Positions 1 to 9,018 of a stretch of 57,120 nt of DNA are shown here, one piece after another. A program made the position numbers and the translations under genes. The notes beneath the pieces were generated by a model that was not told the origin of the DNA, did no database searches, and saw nothing but the letters and a program-made list of their open reading frames with translations. Source of the DNA: a virus. Its lineage: Duplodnaviria > Caudoviricetes. Position 1 is the stretch's first letter. Each line of letters opens with the position of its first letter. The DNA lies in IMG/VR virus record IMGVR_UViG_3300028145_000159, positions 1-57,120 of that record; one strand, given 5' to 3'.

Positions 1-230
1 TGCTGGAGTCCTGGCGTGGGGTTGCTGATCCGGGTGGCCTGGCGAATCGTGGCGATCAGGCGGCGCTGCGGGGCACAGACGGCGAGATACGCCAGCAGAC
101 GATCGGTGTGCACGTCGAGAAGGGGCAGCGTGGTGGGATCGCGTTGGGCTAATAAGAGTACCAGATAGGCCCGCGAGCGGTACAGACTGGCGTTAAAGAC
201 CGGGATCGGACTAGAATGCGGGGCGGCCAT
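1..230 (-). CDS. Hypothetical protein, runs off the left edge
   Basis: ATG at 230 with GGAGG RBS; frame open to position 1 (MAAPHSSPIPVFNASLYRSRAYLV...). Confidence 0.6.
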   Translation of the reverse strand, partial: MAAPHSSPIPVFNASLYRSRAYLVLLLAQRDPTTLPLLDVHTDRLLAYLAVCAPQRRLIATIRQATRISNPTPGLQ

Positions 231-311
231 GGCAACCTCCTCTACAGGTTGGTGTGGTGGGCCATGGCAGTGTGTCTGCGCTGGCATGGCCCGGCTTGAG
301 ATGGGGGCTGG

Positions 312-554
312 TTATTCTGGGGGCGGTGACAAGCGGGCCACATGGTCCGCCACTTGCCACAGCTCCGAGAGTCCCTCTATCGTCTCATATCCTTCAATCC
401 AATTTTTCACAGCTAGCAGTGCCGTGCCACCAGCGGCTGTTTGGCAGCGCTTGGCCTGGTCAATCAGCCGCTGGCGCATGAGCGCCCAATCAGGCGAATG
501 CGTCATGGCACGACGCATGTTTGCAATCTCTTCTGCTGTAAGCATGTAAGGCAT
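312..554 (-). CDS. Hypothetical protein
   Basis: 80-aa ORF with AAGGA RBS in the minus-strand operon. Confidence 0.65.
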   Translation of the reverse strand: MPYMLTAEEIANMRRAMTHSPDWALMRQRLIDQAKRCQTAAGGTALLAVKNWIEGYETIEGLSELWQVADHVARLSPPPE

Positions 555-620
555 AAGAATTCCTTCGGTGTCGCGTGTGGTGGGCCTCGCTCGTGGGCTC
601 GCACGGGGGAGGCCCGGCTT

Positions 621-818
621 CTAGGCTGTAGGCGGCTCGATCTCGGCGCGGCGTCTACGCCAGTCGACCATGGCGGCTCGACTGGCAAACGGGTACGGGG
701 ATGGGGTATCGTCGTGCGGCCAGTGCGGCGCCTCTTCCACGCTCACCCCCTCCAGCACATCGTCTGCCTGCTGCAGCAGCGCGGCCACGCCGGGGTACTT
801 ATGAAGCCAGGCGGCCAT
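621..818 (-). CDS. Hypothetical protein (MAAWLHKY...)
   Basis: TGATG overlap with the upstream ORF; GGAGGGG RBS. Confidence 0.55.
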   Translation of the reverse strand: MAAWLHKYPGVAALLQQADDVLEGVSVEEAPHWPHDDTPSPYPFASRAAMVDWRRRRAEIEPPTA

Positions 819-1009
819 CACGGCCCCTCCCCGGCTGGCGCCTCGGGGACGTGCGGCGTCATCAGGGCCGCGAGTTCCGCCTTGGTCGGCACGCGCGTAG
901 GAAAGAGGCGACGGACCAGCCCTCCCCAGCATATGTTGTTGCAGACGGTATGCCCCGCATGCTGGGGCACAAACGATTTCCCGCACCCTTTACAGATCCT
1001 GGGGTCCAT
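818..1009 (-). CDS. Small Cys-rich (CxxC...CxxxC) zinc-binding hypothetical protein
   Basis: MDPRICKGCGKSF...VCNNIC; AGGAGG RBS. Confidence 0.6.
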   Translation of the reverse strand: MDPRICKGCGKSFVPQHAGHTVCNNICWGGLVRRLFPTRVPTKAELAALMTPHVPEAPAGEGP

Positions 1010-1271
1010 CACTGCCTCCTGGCGTCCCGGCCTGCGCCATAAAATCTGGATTGAAGGGGCACATCTCCCCATCGGCGATAAACGACTGGAGATGGGCGAG
1101 CACCGCCTGAAAGGCAGCCTGCATCGTCGCAAAGGGGACGTCGTGCCGTGTATGCGCCCACATGGAGCATTGCCCATCAGGAAAGACATCAAATTCCAGG
1201 GCGAGTGTGGGCTCGCCTTTCGTGCGGTACATCATGCTCCGTTGCCGATTCGTGAACACCGGACTACTCAT
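990..1271 (-). CDS. Hypothetical protein
   Basis: 93-aa ORF with GGGAG RBS and ATGA-type start. Confidence 0.6.
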   Translation of the reverse strand: MSSPVFTNRQRSMMYRTKGEPTLALEFDVFPDGQCSMWAHTRHDVPFATMQAAFQAVLAHLQSFIADGEMCPFNPDFMAQAGTPGGSDGPQDL

Positions 1272-1537
1272 GCGTCACTCCCGTCCGTCCGCACCCCCAG
1301 CGCGGTGGGGGTTTTGGTACGTTTTCTGGCATGCGCCCTCACAACACGCGCTAGCCAGACAAGATAGTCCCCTGTCAGGTGCGCAGGCGCATCAAGGACG
1401 ACATAGACTATCATCGTTTGTTCTTCAAGGCCAACCGCCTTTTCCCATCGCTCGTCATCGCCCCAGTAGTCTTGCGCAATGGTCGAGGCGGCGGTGACAC
1501 CATCTATGGCTACAAGGCTCAGCGTCCCCGTGCAGCA

Positions 1538-1744
1538 TCACAGCGCATCCTCTACAGGTGTCTTGGGGATCACGACGAGTTGCCAGTAGCGCACCGCTGG
1601 CCTCGACTCGCGCCACTCAGTTTGTTCGTGGTACTGCGAGATATGATCGTAGCGTCCCAACCACACCTCGGTGCCGTCTGAGAACCAGCACAGGGCATTG
1701 TGGGGGGGCACTTCTTTGCTGCGGACGTGCCATGCGTCACTCAT
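1538..1744 (-). CDS. Small phage protein (DUF551-like)
   Basis: MSDAWHVRSKEVPP...VRYWQLVVIPKTP resembles the W..v.e.lP...vthWmp.p.pP pattern. Confidence 0.5.
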   Translation of the reverse strand: MSDAWHVRSKEVPPHNALCWFSDGTEVWLGRYDHISQYHEQTEWRESRPAVRYWQLVVIPKTPVEDAL

Positions 1745-1746
1745 CC

Positions 1747-1944
1747 CTACTCCTCGGCGGGCGCTTCGGGAGCGCGTGGTACTGGTTCTTCCTCGTCCGT
1801 AAAAACAAGCACAAGCTGTGTGCCTGTCGCGACCTCCGTGGCCATCCATCCCAGCGTCCCGAGGGACACCGATAACACACAGTCTTGCCCATCGGTCGTC
1901 ATGATGCGCTCCCCTTCGTGGTATCCGCCTTCAAACCAGGTCAT
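1747..1944 (-). CDS. Hypothetical protein
   Basis: 65-aa ORF with GGAGG RBS. Confidence 0.55.
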   Translation of the reverse strand: MTWFEGGYHEGERIMTTDGQDCVLSVSLGTLGWMATEVATGTQLVLVFTDEEEPVPRAPEAPAEE

Positions 1945-2033
1945 CCCCCACCTCCGTCCGCCCGCACCCCCACCGCGCCGGGGGGCCTACCAGGCACAAT
2001 GATCTTTCCCATAGATTCTCCCTCACTCCAAAA

Positions 2034-2372
2034 CTAGACCGTTTTAGCTTCATCTTCCCCGCAATAGAAACACTGCGCAACGTGCGGCGCATAACACCGC
2101 GCACAGCCGGGGCATTGCCAGCCCCTGCGGACAGGAGGGGGCACACACCGCGCGCAGTGACACGGCGGCACAGGTGCCTCAGGATGCAGCCACGCCCAGA
2201 CCTTGCGCAGGCTATGGCCTTCCCGCAGCGCTTCGCCCCGTTCGATCCGCGCCAGGACCGAAAAGCTCACCCCGACGACCGGGGCCAGGCTGCGCAGGCT
2301 ATGGCCTAACGCGAGGCGCTGGGCATGGAGCGCCGCGCCTACATGCAATGGGCGCGGGGGGCTGTCTGCCAT
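2034..2372 (-). CDS. XRE-type HTH protein with C-terminal zinc ribbon
   Basis: SLRSLAPVVGVSFSVLARIERG (HTH_3 pattern) plus GWQCPGCARCYAPHVAQCFYC. Confidence 0.7.
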   Translation of the reverse strand: MADSPPRPLHVGAALHAQRLALGHSLRSLAPVVGVSFSVLARIERGEALREGHSLRKVWAWLHPEAPVPPCHCARCVPPPVRRGWQCPGCARCYAPHVAQCFYCGEDEAKTV

Positions 2373-2424
2373 CGCGACGTCTCCCCCTGCTGCCCGTGCC
2401 CCCAGAGCGCCAGGCGGGCCAGGG

Positions 2425-2904
2425 CTAACCATTGGGCACCTGTTTACATCGCCAGTGCCCGCTTTTCCATTGCCAGAGTTCAAAGACAAAACAGCCATAG
2501 ATCCGTGCCGCAAACTTGGTCTTTTCCCAGTCCTTGGGCCGGATCAACGCGCCTTTGACTTCAACGAAAATCAAGGCCCCTTGCGCATTCCAGACAAGAA
2601 AATCAGGGGTATAGGACGTTTTAGCCGCGAGGTAGAGGCCCTTGCATGGGCTATACCACCAGTCTTTGATCTTCCCCTCATGCTTTAGTGGCTCAGCAAT
2701 CTCCTCCGCCCATCGCCGCTCGGTCTTGCTCTGGTAGCGGTCGAGTGCGTCAGGAAGGCTCCTAGGAGCCTCTAGGAGGGCTGTTGCCTGCTGCCCTGTC
2801 TCTTTGCCTTGCCTGGGTGCCCGCGTGTCTTCCTGGGCCTGCTGGGCGCCTTGCCTGGCCAGATACGCCGCATACTCCTCGTCTGTCCATCGCAGCCCTG
2901 GCAT
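2425..2904 (-). CDS. DUF1064-like PD-(D/E)xK nuclease
   Basis: YQSKTE...GKIKDW...YTPDFLV...IFVEVKG. Confidence 0.8.
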   Translation of the reverse strand: MPGLRWTDEEYAAYLARQGAQQAQEDTRAPRQGKETGQQATALLEAPRSLPDALDRYQSKTERRWAEEIAEPLKHEGKIKDWWYSPCKGLYLAAKTSYTPDFLVWNAQGALIFVEVKGALIRPKDWEKTKFAARIYGCFVFELWQWKSGHWRCKQVPNG

Positions 2905-3049
2905 TACTCTCCCCTCTCCCGTAGCCACGCCAGCCAGGCGCGGCAATCATGACACAGCGTCCACAGGCCCTGGGTGCGGCCCGGGTGGGTGATCACGACG
3001 CCAGCCCATCTTCTCGCCCACTCACAGCACCAATCACAGCGGCGGCGCA

Positions 3050-3292
3050 TCACACACCCTCCTCTGCCAGCAGGAACGCTTCCTGCTCCTGAAAACGCCC
3101 CAAGTAGTAGCGCCCTTCCGTGGGCACAAGGGCGATATCGTGCAAGGCGGTCACAAGCTGCTGTCCGAGACGCTCATTCCCTATGCAGCGCCCTGGCAGC
3201 CAGGCGCAGAGCGTGTTGATACTGGGCGCACTCAGCCAGGCGCAGGGCACGCCGGCGTCATTCAGGAGGAGCAGCAGGTAGCGGGTGGTCAT
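3050..3292 (-). CDS. Hypothetical protein
   Basis: ATGA overlap with the GH19 gene. Confidence 0.6.
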   Translation of the reverse strand: MTTRYLLLLLNDAGVPCAWLSAPSINTLCAWLPGRCIGNERLGQQLVTALHDIALVPTEGRYYLGRFQEQEAFLLAEEGV

Positions 3293-3837
3293 GGCGTCGT
3301 GTCCTGGGAGGGCAGCAGCACCTGTTTGGCCAGTGTGAGCAATCGCTGCCGATCTGCGAACCCACTGAGCCCCCCGTTAATGCGGCGGGTCAAGGTTCTT
3401 TGATCATCCTGATCGGCCCACTGATTGAGCTGGTGCGTCTCCCAGAACCAGCAGGCCACGTCGACCGCTAGGTGCGGATCGCGCGCCACGAGCGCCCAGG
3501 CGCCGTCTTTGGTCAGATCCACGCCGATCGCTCTGCCATAGGCGGCGTAGTTGGCACGCCCGGTGAGCTGTATCAGCCCCCTGCCCTTAAACCGCTTGCC
3601 ATCCCCCGGCTGCGTATTGCCGAGGTCCGTGCGGCCTTCATACGCCTCGCCGCTGGCGAGTTCTTCCGTGTAGCGCAGTTCGCCGGACTCGTGGCCTACC
3701 TGCGCTAAAAAGTGACAGTGCCGCAGCAGCGTATTAATCTCGCGGGCGGCCATGCGCTGGACGAGGTGGGGATGGTACAGGGCGATGTGCGCCGCGGTGG
3801 CGTGGTGGTAAATGCGGGAGAGCTGGTCTGTGGTCAT
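3289..3837 (-). CDS. Glycoside hydrolase family 19 endolysin (muramidase)
   Basis: FLAQVGHESGELRYTEE, YEGRTDLGN..GDG.RFKGRGLIQLTGRANY, WFW, TRRINGG. Confidence 0.93.
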   Translation of the reverse strand: MTTDQLSRIYHHATAAHIALYHPHLVQRMAAREINTLLRHCHFLAQVGHESGELRYTEELASGEAYEGRTDLGNTQPGDGKRFKGRGLIQLTGRANYAAYGRAIGVDLTKDGAWALVARDPHLAVDVACWFWETHQLNQWADQDDQRTLTRRINGGLSGFADRQRLLTLAKQVLLPSQDTTP

Positions 3838-4142
3838 GCCGGCGTCTCCTTGCACAGCGGTTTGACCTTCGCCGCCAGCCGCTGCGCCGCGTCGGGATGG
3901 TACAGCACCCACACCTCAACCAGCCGCTGCCAGGCCAACCACGAAAGAAGAACCGTATCGGTGAGGACGGGCTGGTCCTCCTCGTCCAGCGCGGTCAAGG
4001 AGCGCACCAGGGAGAGCCCCTCGGGGATCAGGAGGGCATCAAGCTGCCATGCCACGGTGCGCTCTAACGGCCAAGAGTCGTCCGTTGCGGCAGGCGGCTG
4101 CCCGTAGGCAGGCGGGTCGAGGGCACGGCCTTGTTCACTCAT
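3834..4142 (-). CDS. Hypothetical protein
   Basis: AGGAG RBS; ATGA-coupled. Confidence 0.55.
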   Translation of the reverse strand: MSEQGRALDPPAYGQPPAATDDSWPLERTVAWQLDALLIPEGLSLVRSLTALDEEDQPVLTDTVLLSWLAWQRLVEVWVLYHPDAAQRLAAKVKPLCKETPA

Positions 4143-4311
4143 GGTGTGGCTTCTCCTGGATCGCGTTGATAATATCGTGAATGACGGGGTCCACGTCCCC
4201 CGTATAATGCTCTGCACAGGCCCACATCCCTTCCACCCCGACGGCGTTCATGCGATGGAGGACCACGCCTGGGGTATCCCCGCGCACGTGACAGATATGA
4301 CAGTCAGCCAT
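4135..4311 (-). CDS. Small Cys/His zinc-binding protein
   Basis: MADCHICH...LHRMNAVGVEGMWACAEH; GGAGGAG RBS. Confidence 0.6.
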   Translation of the reverse strand: MADCHICHVRGDTPGVVLHRMNAVGVEGMWACAEHYTGDVDPVIHDIINAIQEKPHHE

Positions 4312-4576
4312 CGTGGCGCTCCTCCGCTGGGGTCTCCCAGGCCACCAGCGCCGTCCGGTGCACGCGCACGGGGCGGTCCTGCATCCAATTGCCCTGCGGT
4401 GTTGTCGAGATAATACTGTACCATTCCTCCACGCCTGCGCCGGCCTGCTCGATCCATTCCCGGCGGGTGATCCGGTAGACCTGTTGGCGCGTGGCCTGGA
4501 TACTGGGTACATCAGAGCGCTCCACCCAGCGCACCTGCTGGCCTAAGGCGAAGGCAAAGGGCAACACGTCATGCAT
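4304..4576 (-). CDS. Hypothetical protein
   Basis: GGAGGAG RBS, overlapping stop/start. Confidence 0.55.
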   Translation of the reverse strand: MHDVLPFAFALGQQVRWVERSDVPSIQATRQQVYRITRREWIEQAGAGVEEWYSIISTTPQGNWMQDRPVRVHRTALVAWETPAEERHDG

Positions 4577-4775
4577 GAGATATCTCCTCCGCACTCGCCC
4601 GCTTGAGGGCCAGCAGGGCACGGTGGGTTTGCCAGGCCCAGGACGGCGGGGTCTGGGGCGTCGCGCAACAGAGGGCCAGCATCAGGCAGTACCGGATCAT
4701 CGCCTGATGGTCGGTCTCCAGGGCCAGTGCCTCAGCGAGCGTGATGGTGTCTTCAGTGAGCGGATTCGTGGGCAT
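4569..4775 (-). CDS. Hypothetical protein (MPTNPLTED...)
   Basis: GGAGGG RBS, coupled. Confidence 0.55.
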   Translation of the reverse strand: MPTNPLTEDTITLAEALALETDHQAMIRYCLMLALCCATPQTPPSWAWQTHRALLALKRASAEEISHA

Positions 4776-5076
4776 GGCTCTCCCCTCCTTCTCCCGGCTG
4801 CACCCCGCGGTCGCTCCCGGAGAGCCCGTCTGGCCAGGCGCGTTCATGCTGTGCGAGATGGTGGGCCGCCAGGTCGGTAGACGTGAGAAACGTCGCCCCA
4901 CAGCCGACCGTGGGACACGGCAGCGTGTGGAGGCCCGTGTGCGCGGTATAGGCCGGGCGCACACAGGTGCAGCGGCGATGGGTGGGCAGGCCGCAGACGT
5001 ACTGCGGGGTACTGAGGTCGGCCTCTCGGAGCAGGGCGGGGGCGTGCGTGCCGTTGGGGGGCAACACATGAGGCAT
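4753..5076 (-). CDS. Protein with C2H2-like zinc finger
   Basis: CPTVGCGATFLTSTDLAAHHLAQH. Confidence 0.6.
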   Translation of the reverse strand: MPHVLPPNGTHAPALLREADLSTPQYVCGLPTHRRCTCVRPAYTAHTGLHTLPCPTVGCGATFLTSTDLAAHHLAQHERAWPDGLSGSDRGVQPGEGGESHAHESAH

Positions 5077-5090
5077 ACGGTTCCTCCCTT

Positions 5091-5303
5091 TTAGTCTGGA
5101 AATTTCTTCGTCGGCCAGGCATCCATCAGGTCCGCCAGCGCCTGGGCTTCGGCAATCTTCGCGGGGCCTGCGCCGTGCTCCTGCGCCAGGGTCGCCCAGC
5201 GCCGCACCAGGGACGCGGCGAGGGCGTCCTGGGCCCGCAACACAAAAATCGGCTCGTCGTCGCCCACTTTGGCTAAACAGGTATCGGTCGCTTTATAGCC
5301 CAC
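5091..5303 (-). CDS. Conserved small phage protein
   Basis: DDEPIFVLRAQDALA..LVRRWA motif recurrent in phages. Confidence 0.75.
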   Translation of the reverse strand: MGYKATDTCLAKVGDDEPIFVLRAQDALAASLVRRWATLAQEHGAGPAKIAEAQALADLMDAWPTKKFPD

Positions 5304-5682
5304 TGATGGTCTCCTTCTTTGTGGCCAGTCCCAGCAGCGCCATGGCCTCCTGGATGTGCGCGACGGTCACGCCGTCCGGGGGGCGATACCGGCCATAGAA
5401 GGCCGTGCGGAGGGCGTCCCAGGCGTCGCGTGCCTGCTGCCTGGCCGCGTGCTGTGCCGTCTGCTGAGCGCACGCATCGGGGCTCAGGTAAAAATGCCCA
5501 CTCAATTGCCCGAGCGTGTCTTTGATCGTGAACGTGTCCTTGTCGATAAAGCAGGGGTACCCACAATGCCCTGCCATTTGCAGCCAACGGCGGCCGACCA
5601 CCTCAATAGGCCGCCAGCTCGGCGCTCCATGCACGGGCACAAACCAGAGCGGTTGCCCCACGGTAAACGTCCTCACTGCCAC
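5293..5682 (-). CDS. Hypothetical beta-barrel-like phage protein
   Basis: TVGQPLWFVP...VVGRRW pattern; GGGGAG RBS. Confidence 0.65.
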   Translation of the reverse strand: MAVRTFTVGQPLWFVPVHGAPSWRPIEVVGRRWLQMAGHCGYPCFIDKDTFTIKDTLGQLSGHFYLSPDACAQQTAQHAARQQARDAWDALRTAFYGRYRPPDGVTVAHIQEAMALLGLATKKETISGL

Positions 5683-5691
5683 AGCTCCCCG

Positions 5692-6036
5692 TTACAGGTT
5701 CGCCTCAATCCAGTCGGCAATCTCGGTAAAGGATTGCCCGCTATCGTTCATCTCCATGAGCGTGGTTTGCTGCTGCCCATCCAGACCGATAGGGTGCGCC
5801 AGTTCAGGCGCGATCGCACTGCTCATGGTGAAACTTTTGGCGGCCGTATAGCCAAAGACTTCCGGGAACTCCCCGCTGGCTTCGTGGAGCGTCTGCCACT
5901 GCCAGGCTGGGAGTTGCTCACACAGCACGCCCAGGCAGCAGTATCCGTCTGTGGTATGGAGTTTGGATTTGATTTGTGGATACTGCCCAGACCGTAACGC
6001 CGTGAGCCACTGGGCTTTGATTGCTGGATCAAACAT
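5692..6036 (-). CDS. Conserved phage protein
   Basis: W.ALRSG.Y.Q...L....GYCCLGVLCE...MND.G.SF.EIADWIE. Confidence 0.8.
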   Translation of the reverse strand: MFDPAIKAQWLTALRSGQYPQIKSKLHTTDGYCCLGVLCEQLPAWQWQTLHEASGEFPEVFGYTAAKSFTMSSAIAPELAHPIGLDGQQQTTLMEMNDSGQSFTEIADWIEANL

Positions 6037-6192
6037 AGCCGTCCTCCTCATTGCCATTCTCTTGCGCCTAATGAGACATCCTTGCCACATTTCAACGCCT
6101 CACGTTGGACTTTCCCGAGGCTGATCCATCGCACGGCGCGCACGACAGTCACGGAAAGAATGAAGGTGCAGACCATAATCGTGAAAGCCAGG

Positions 6193-6405
6193 TCAGCACT
6201 CGTCATAGTCCGCATCCTTCAGAAACCACCCCGCCTGCGCCTCCAACACGGCATAGCGGTCCCGGTGGTCCCGGCACACCCAGCGCACATGCACCAGGAA
6301 CTCCCCGGTCACGTCGTCCACCAGCTCGGTGAGGCGCTCCGTGCCCGGTGCGGGACAGCGGCCCAGGCGGCTATAGGTGCCATGGGTGCATTGGGTATCA
6401 CGCAT
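6193..6405 (-). CDS. Hypothetical protein
   Basis: GGAGGAG RBS; Cys/His residues. Confidence 0.55.
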   Translation of the reverse strand: MRDTQCTHGTYSRLGRCPAPGTERLTELVDDVTGEFLVHVRWVCRDHRDRYAVLEAQAGWFLKDADYDEC

Positions 6406-6407
6406 GC

Positions 6408-6905
6408 CTATATATACTCCTCCAAAGAGTGTTGCTTGCTGATATAGAGCGGATGGCGTGGGGAGCCCTGCTTCGTCCACCCCAGGCAGTACAGAGGCTT
6501 ATCCGGACGATGCAGCGCAAAGAGCCGGAGGACGTCCTGATCCCGGTTGTGGTAGACGTGCCCGCCCCACGCTACGACCACAGTATGTGCGGTAAGCCCC
6601 GCCAGGAGTTCGCCATCATTGCGGGGATGGCCTATTGGATCAACGGCCTGCGCTAACGCCTTCGGGTCGGTCGCCCGATAGGCAAAGAGGTTACGGATAC
6701 TCAGCGTCGAGTAGCCCCAGTCCCGCGCAAAGCCCATGCACCGGCGGATGGTCGGATCGTCCATGGTGGCATCAGCGGTCGAGGGGTTGAGCATGATGAA
6801 GCAGACTACCCGTCCATCCCCATGGTGGGGGAAGTGGCGGCGCAACCACCACCGATACTGGCCACAGGGACTGATTTCCGCGCTGCGTTTGACGTCAATC
6901 CACAT
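6408..6905 (-). CDS. DUF1643 family protein
   Basis: SPCGQYRWWL...FIMLNPSTADA..DDPTIRRC...NLFAYRATDP...VVAWG...PRHPLY. Confidence 0.92.
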   Translation of the reverse strand: MWIDVKRSAEISPCGQYRWWLRRHFPHHGDGRVVCFIMLNPSTADATMDDPTIRRCMGFARDWGYSTLSIRNLFAYRATDPKALAQAVDPIGHPRNDGELLAGLTAHTVVVAWGGHVYHNRDQDVLRLFALHRPDKPLYCLGWTKQGSPRHPLYISKQHSLEEYI

Positions 6906-6984
6906 ACCTCTCCCCCTTCTGCCGGCTGCACCCCCCCCCGGTCGCTCCCGGAGCGTATGCCGTGCGTCCATTGCGCTGTGCGTG

Positions 6985-7209
6985 TCATCGTCGTTGCTCT
7001 GGTTCCTGCCCTTTCTGCGCACGAAGGGCGAGTTGGTTTGCCACATCCACCACCGCGGTGGCATGGCGTTTGCACAGGGGTCCCAGACGGCCGCCGTGCG
7101 CATTCACGGCCCAAAACGTACCGACCCTGGCGCACGCCACGTCCCCGTTTGTCCCGATACACCGCTGCGGAAATTCGCGCTCAATCCAGGCGAGAGGCTG
7201 CGCACTCAT
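6985..7209 (-). CDS. Small Cys-containing hypothetical protein
   Basis: ATGA overlap; C...C...LCKRH. Confidence 0.5.
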   Translation of the reverse strand: MSAQPLAWIEREFPQRCIGTNGDVACARVGTFWAVNAHGGRLGPLCKRHATAVVDVANQLALRAQKGQEPEQRR

Positions 7210-7478
7210 CCCCACGTTTCCTCCTCTCCAAGCGCCGCCAGACAGTCCCCGCAGCTCACCTGGGCGCGGTCTCGGGTGACGCGGAGCCTCACGGCCGCGC
7301 GGCCACACCGCGTCAGGCGCTTAAGGCGCACGCCATCCTGTCGCGTCGCCCCAGCGACCCAGCGCCGGCCGAGGAGCCAGTGCTGGGCATCATCGCGGGC
7401 GCTGCCCAGCGTCATCCGGTCCCGCCCCACCAGCAGCGAGCGCATGGCGGGCGTCCAGGCGGCGCGGTCAGTCGGCAT
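7206..7478 (-). CDS. Hypothetical zinc-binding protein
   Basis: H...TRCG...VSCGDCL pattern; GGAG RBS. Confidence 0.55.
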   Translation of the reverse strand: MPTDRAAWTPAMRSLLVGRDRMTLGSARDDAQHWLLGRRWVAGATRQDGVRLKRLTRCGRAAVRLRVTRDRAQVSCGDCLAALGEEETWG

Positions 7479-7872
7479 GGGGCGTCTCCGCGCTGGGCGC
7501 CCGTCTGCCCCGGTAAAAATCCGCACGCGACACCTGGCGACGGTCGGGCAGGAGCACGCGCTGGCCTTCGAGCTTCAGGAGGGCCCCATGGTCGAATAGC
7601 GCCACATACTCCGCTTCCCAGGGCGGGGCGTCATCGCGCGTACAACAGACCCCTCCACCTATCCCACTCATGTTGCTGGCGTAAAACCTCAGGGCGCCAT
7701 GAAAAGGAATCAGCGCTTGCTGGCCCTCCTGGCGCAGGCCACCCCGGTCGGTCAGAACATACCGGGACAAAAATTGGTCGGGCGTATCCTTGGTCTGAAA
7801 CCACGTGCCCTCGGGGGGTCTCCAGCCATCAGGTAGCAGCAGATCACAGCGCAACTCATCAAAGAGGCTCAT
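7468..7872 (-). CDS. Conserved hypothetical protein
   Basis: MSLFDELRC..LP...FQTKD...FHG.LRFY...EY.ALF.HG pattern. Confidence 0.75.
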   Translation of the reverse strand: MSLFDELRCDLLLPDGWRPPEGTWFQTKDTPDQFLSRYVLTDRGGLRQEGQQALIPFHGALRFYASNMSGIGGGVCCTRDDAPPWEAEYVALFDHGALLKLEGQRVLLPDRRQVSRADFYRGRRAPSAETPHAD

Positions 7873-7884
7873 GGATGCGATCTC

Positions 7885-8127
7885 CTACTCGTCTACAGGC
7901 TCGTAAGTCTGGAGAAAAATAGCGCTTTTGCAGGGATATTTTTCTCCGGCTACCCCCGTGATGATGTAATCGCCTGGCGTGACGATATGGCCGCCTTCGA
8001 GCGTCTGAATCCATCCTTTACTTGAATCACGGTTGAGCTGTTGAATCCCTAGCCCATCAGGGCCGTTCTCCCATCCATGCCACTGAGTAGCGTCAACCAC
8101 GACCGCCTTCTTGCGATACTTCGCCAT
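7885..8127 (-). CDS. Conserved small phage protein (PGDYG-like)
   Basis: KYRKKAVVVDATQW...IQTLEG.HIVTPGDYIITGVAGEKYPCK..IF..TYE. Confidence 0.88.
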   Translation of the reverse strand: MAKYRKKAVVVDATQWHGWENGPDGLGIQQLNRDSSKGWIQTLEGGHIVTPGDYIITGVAGEKYPCKSAIFLQTYEPVDE

Positions 8128-8300
8128 CCTTTGGTCCTTTCCTGGAATAAATATTTTCATGCTTTCAGTCCCCCGCCCCGCCTCCCGAGGATGCCATCAT
8201 CAATCCCCTAAAGAGTCGTGCGGGTTAGACACGACACTTTCACAGAGCAGTGGAGCACGCCGCAGCGCTGGCCACGGGGCGGGGGGAAAGAGTGATCGCC

Positions 8301-8813
8301 CTACACGGCAATAAAGAGTTGGGGCAGTCGCCTCAACCCCTGCCATTCCGCCTGCCACCAACTGACAATCTCCTCACGATACGGTTGCAGCACGGGGCGT
8401 TCGTCGCGACCGTAGGGGTCCGAGGCGTCCAGGATGGCCTGCGGTGTCGCCTCGTAGACGATATCCCGGTAGAGCCGCCCCTGATCGCACCAGAGCAGGT
8501 GGAGCCGCTCGCCACGATCAAAATGCAGCCGGCCGCTTGGGGTGAGATACTCGGGTTTCTCGCGGTCGTTCGCGTCCCACCAGTAATGGACATGCCCCCA
8601 CGGCGTCCCGCGCAGGTGGAGCGGGGACGGGTCTTCCTCGTCCCACCAGCCGTTGGCGGCGTCCTCGATCAGGGTCCACCAGGAAAACAGGGGTCGCAGG
8701 GGGAGCTGGCGAAACATACCCATCGTCACTTGTTTCTTCCCGACTTTGAGCACCTGAATCTCTACCTGCACCGTTTGGACCGTTGCTTCTTTCATCATCA
8801 ATGGTGACGGCAT
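8301..8813 (-). CDS. Hypothetical protein
   Basis: VQVEIQVLKVGKKQVTMGMFRQLP...PWGHVHY...LPQLFIAV; AAGGAG RBS. Confidence 0.75.
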   Translation of the reverse strand: MPSPLMMKEATVQTVQVEIQVLKVGKKQVTMGMFRQLPLRPLFSWWTLIEDAANGWWDEEDPSPLHLRGTPWGHVHYWWDANDREKPEYLTPSGRLHFDRGERLHLLWCDQGRLYRDIVYEATPQAILDASDPYGRDERPVLQPYREEIVSWWQAEWQGLRRLPQLFIAV

Positions 8814-9018
8814 CCGGGCTCCTTCGTGCGTGCGTGCCGTTCTGCTGGGTGTGCCTGGCAGACATGCGGTGCCCCGAGCAGACAGGAGCGGCTCGGGGTA
8901 TGCGGTTCGTACCAGCCCGCCTGTCCCGTGGTCCCGTGGTGCCAGGTGTGCACCAACACACATTGCCCGCACGCCGGGCAGGGCAGGAGGCAGGGCTGGG
9001 GCGGCACGTGCTCAGGTA

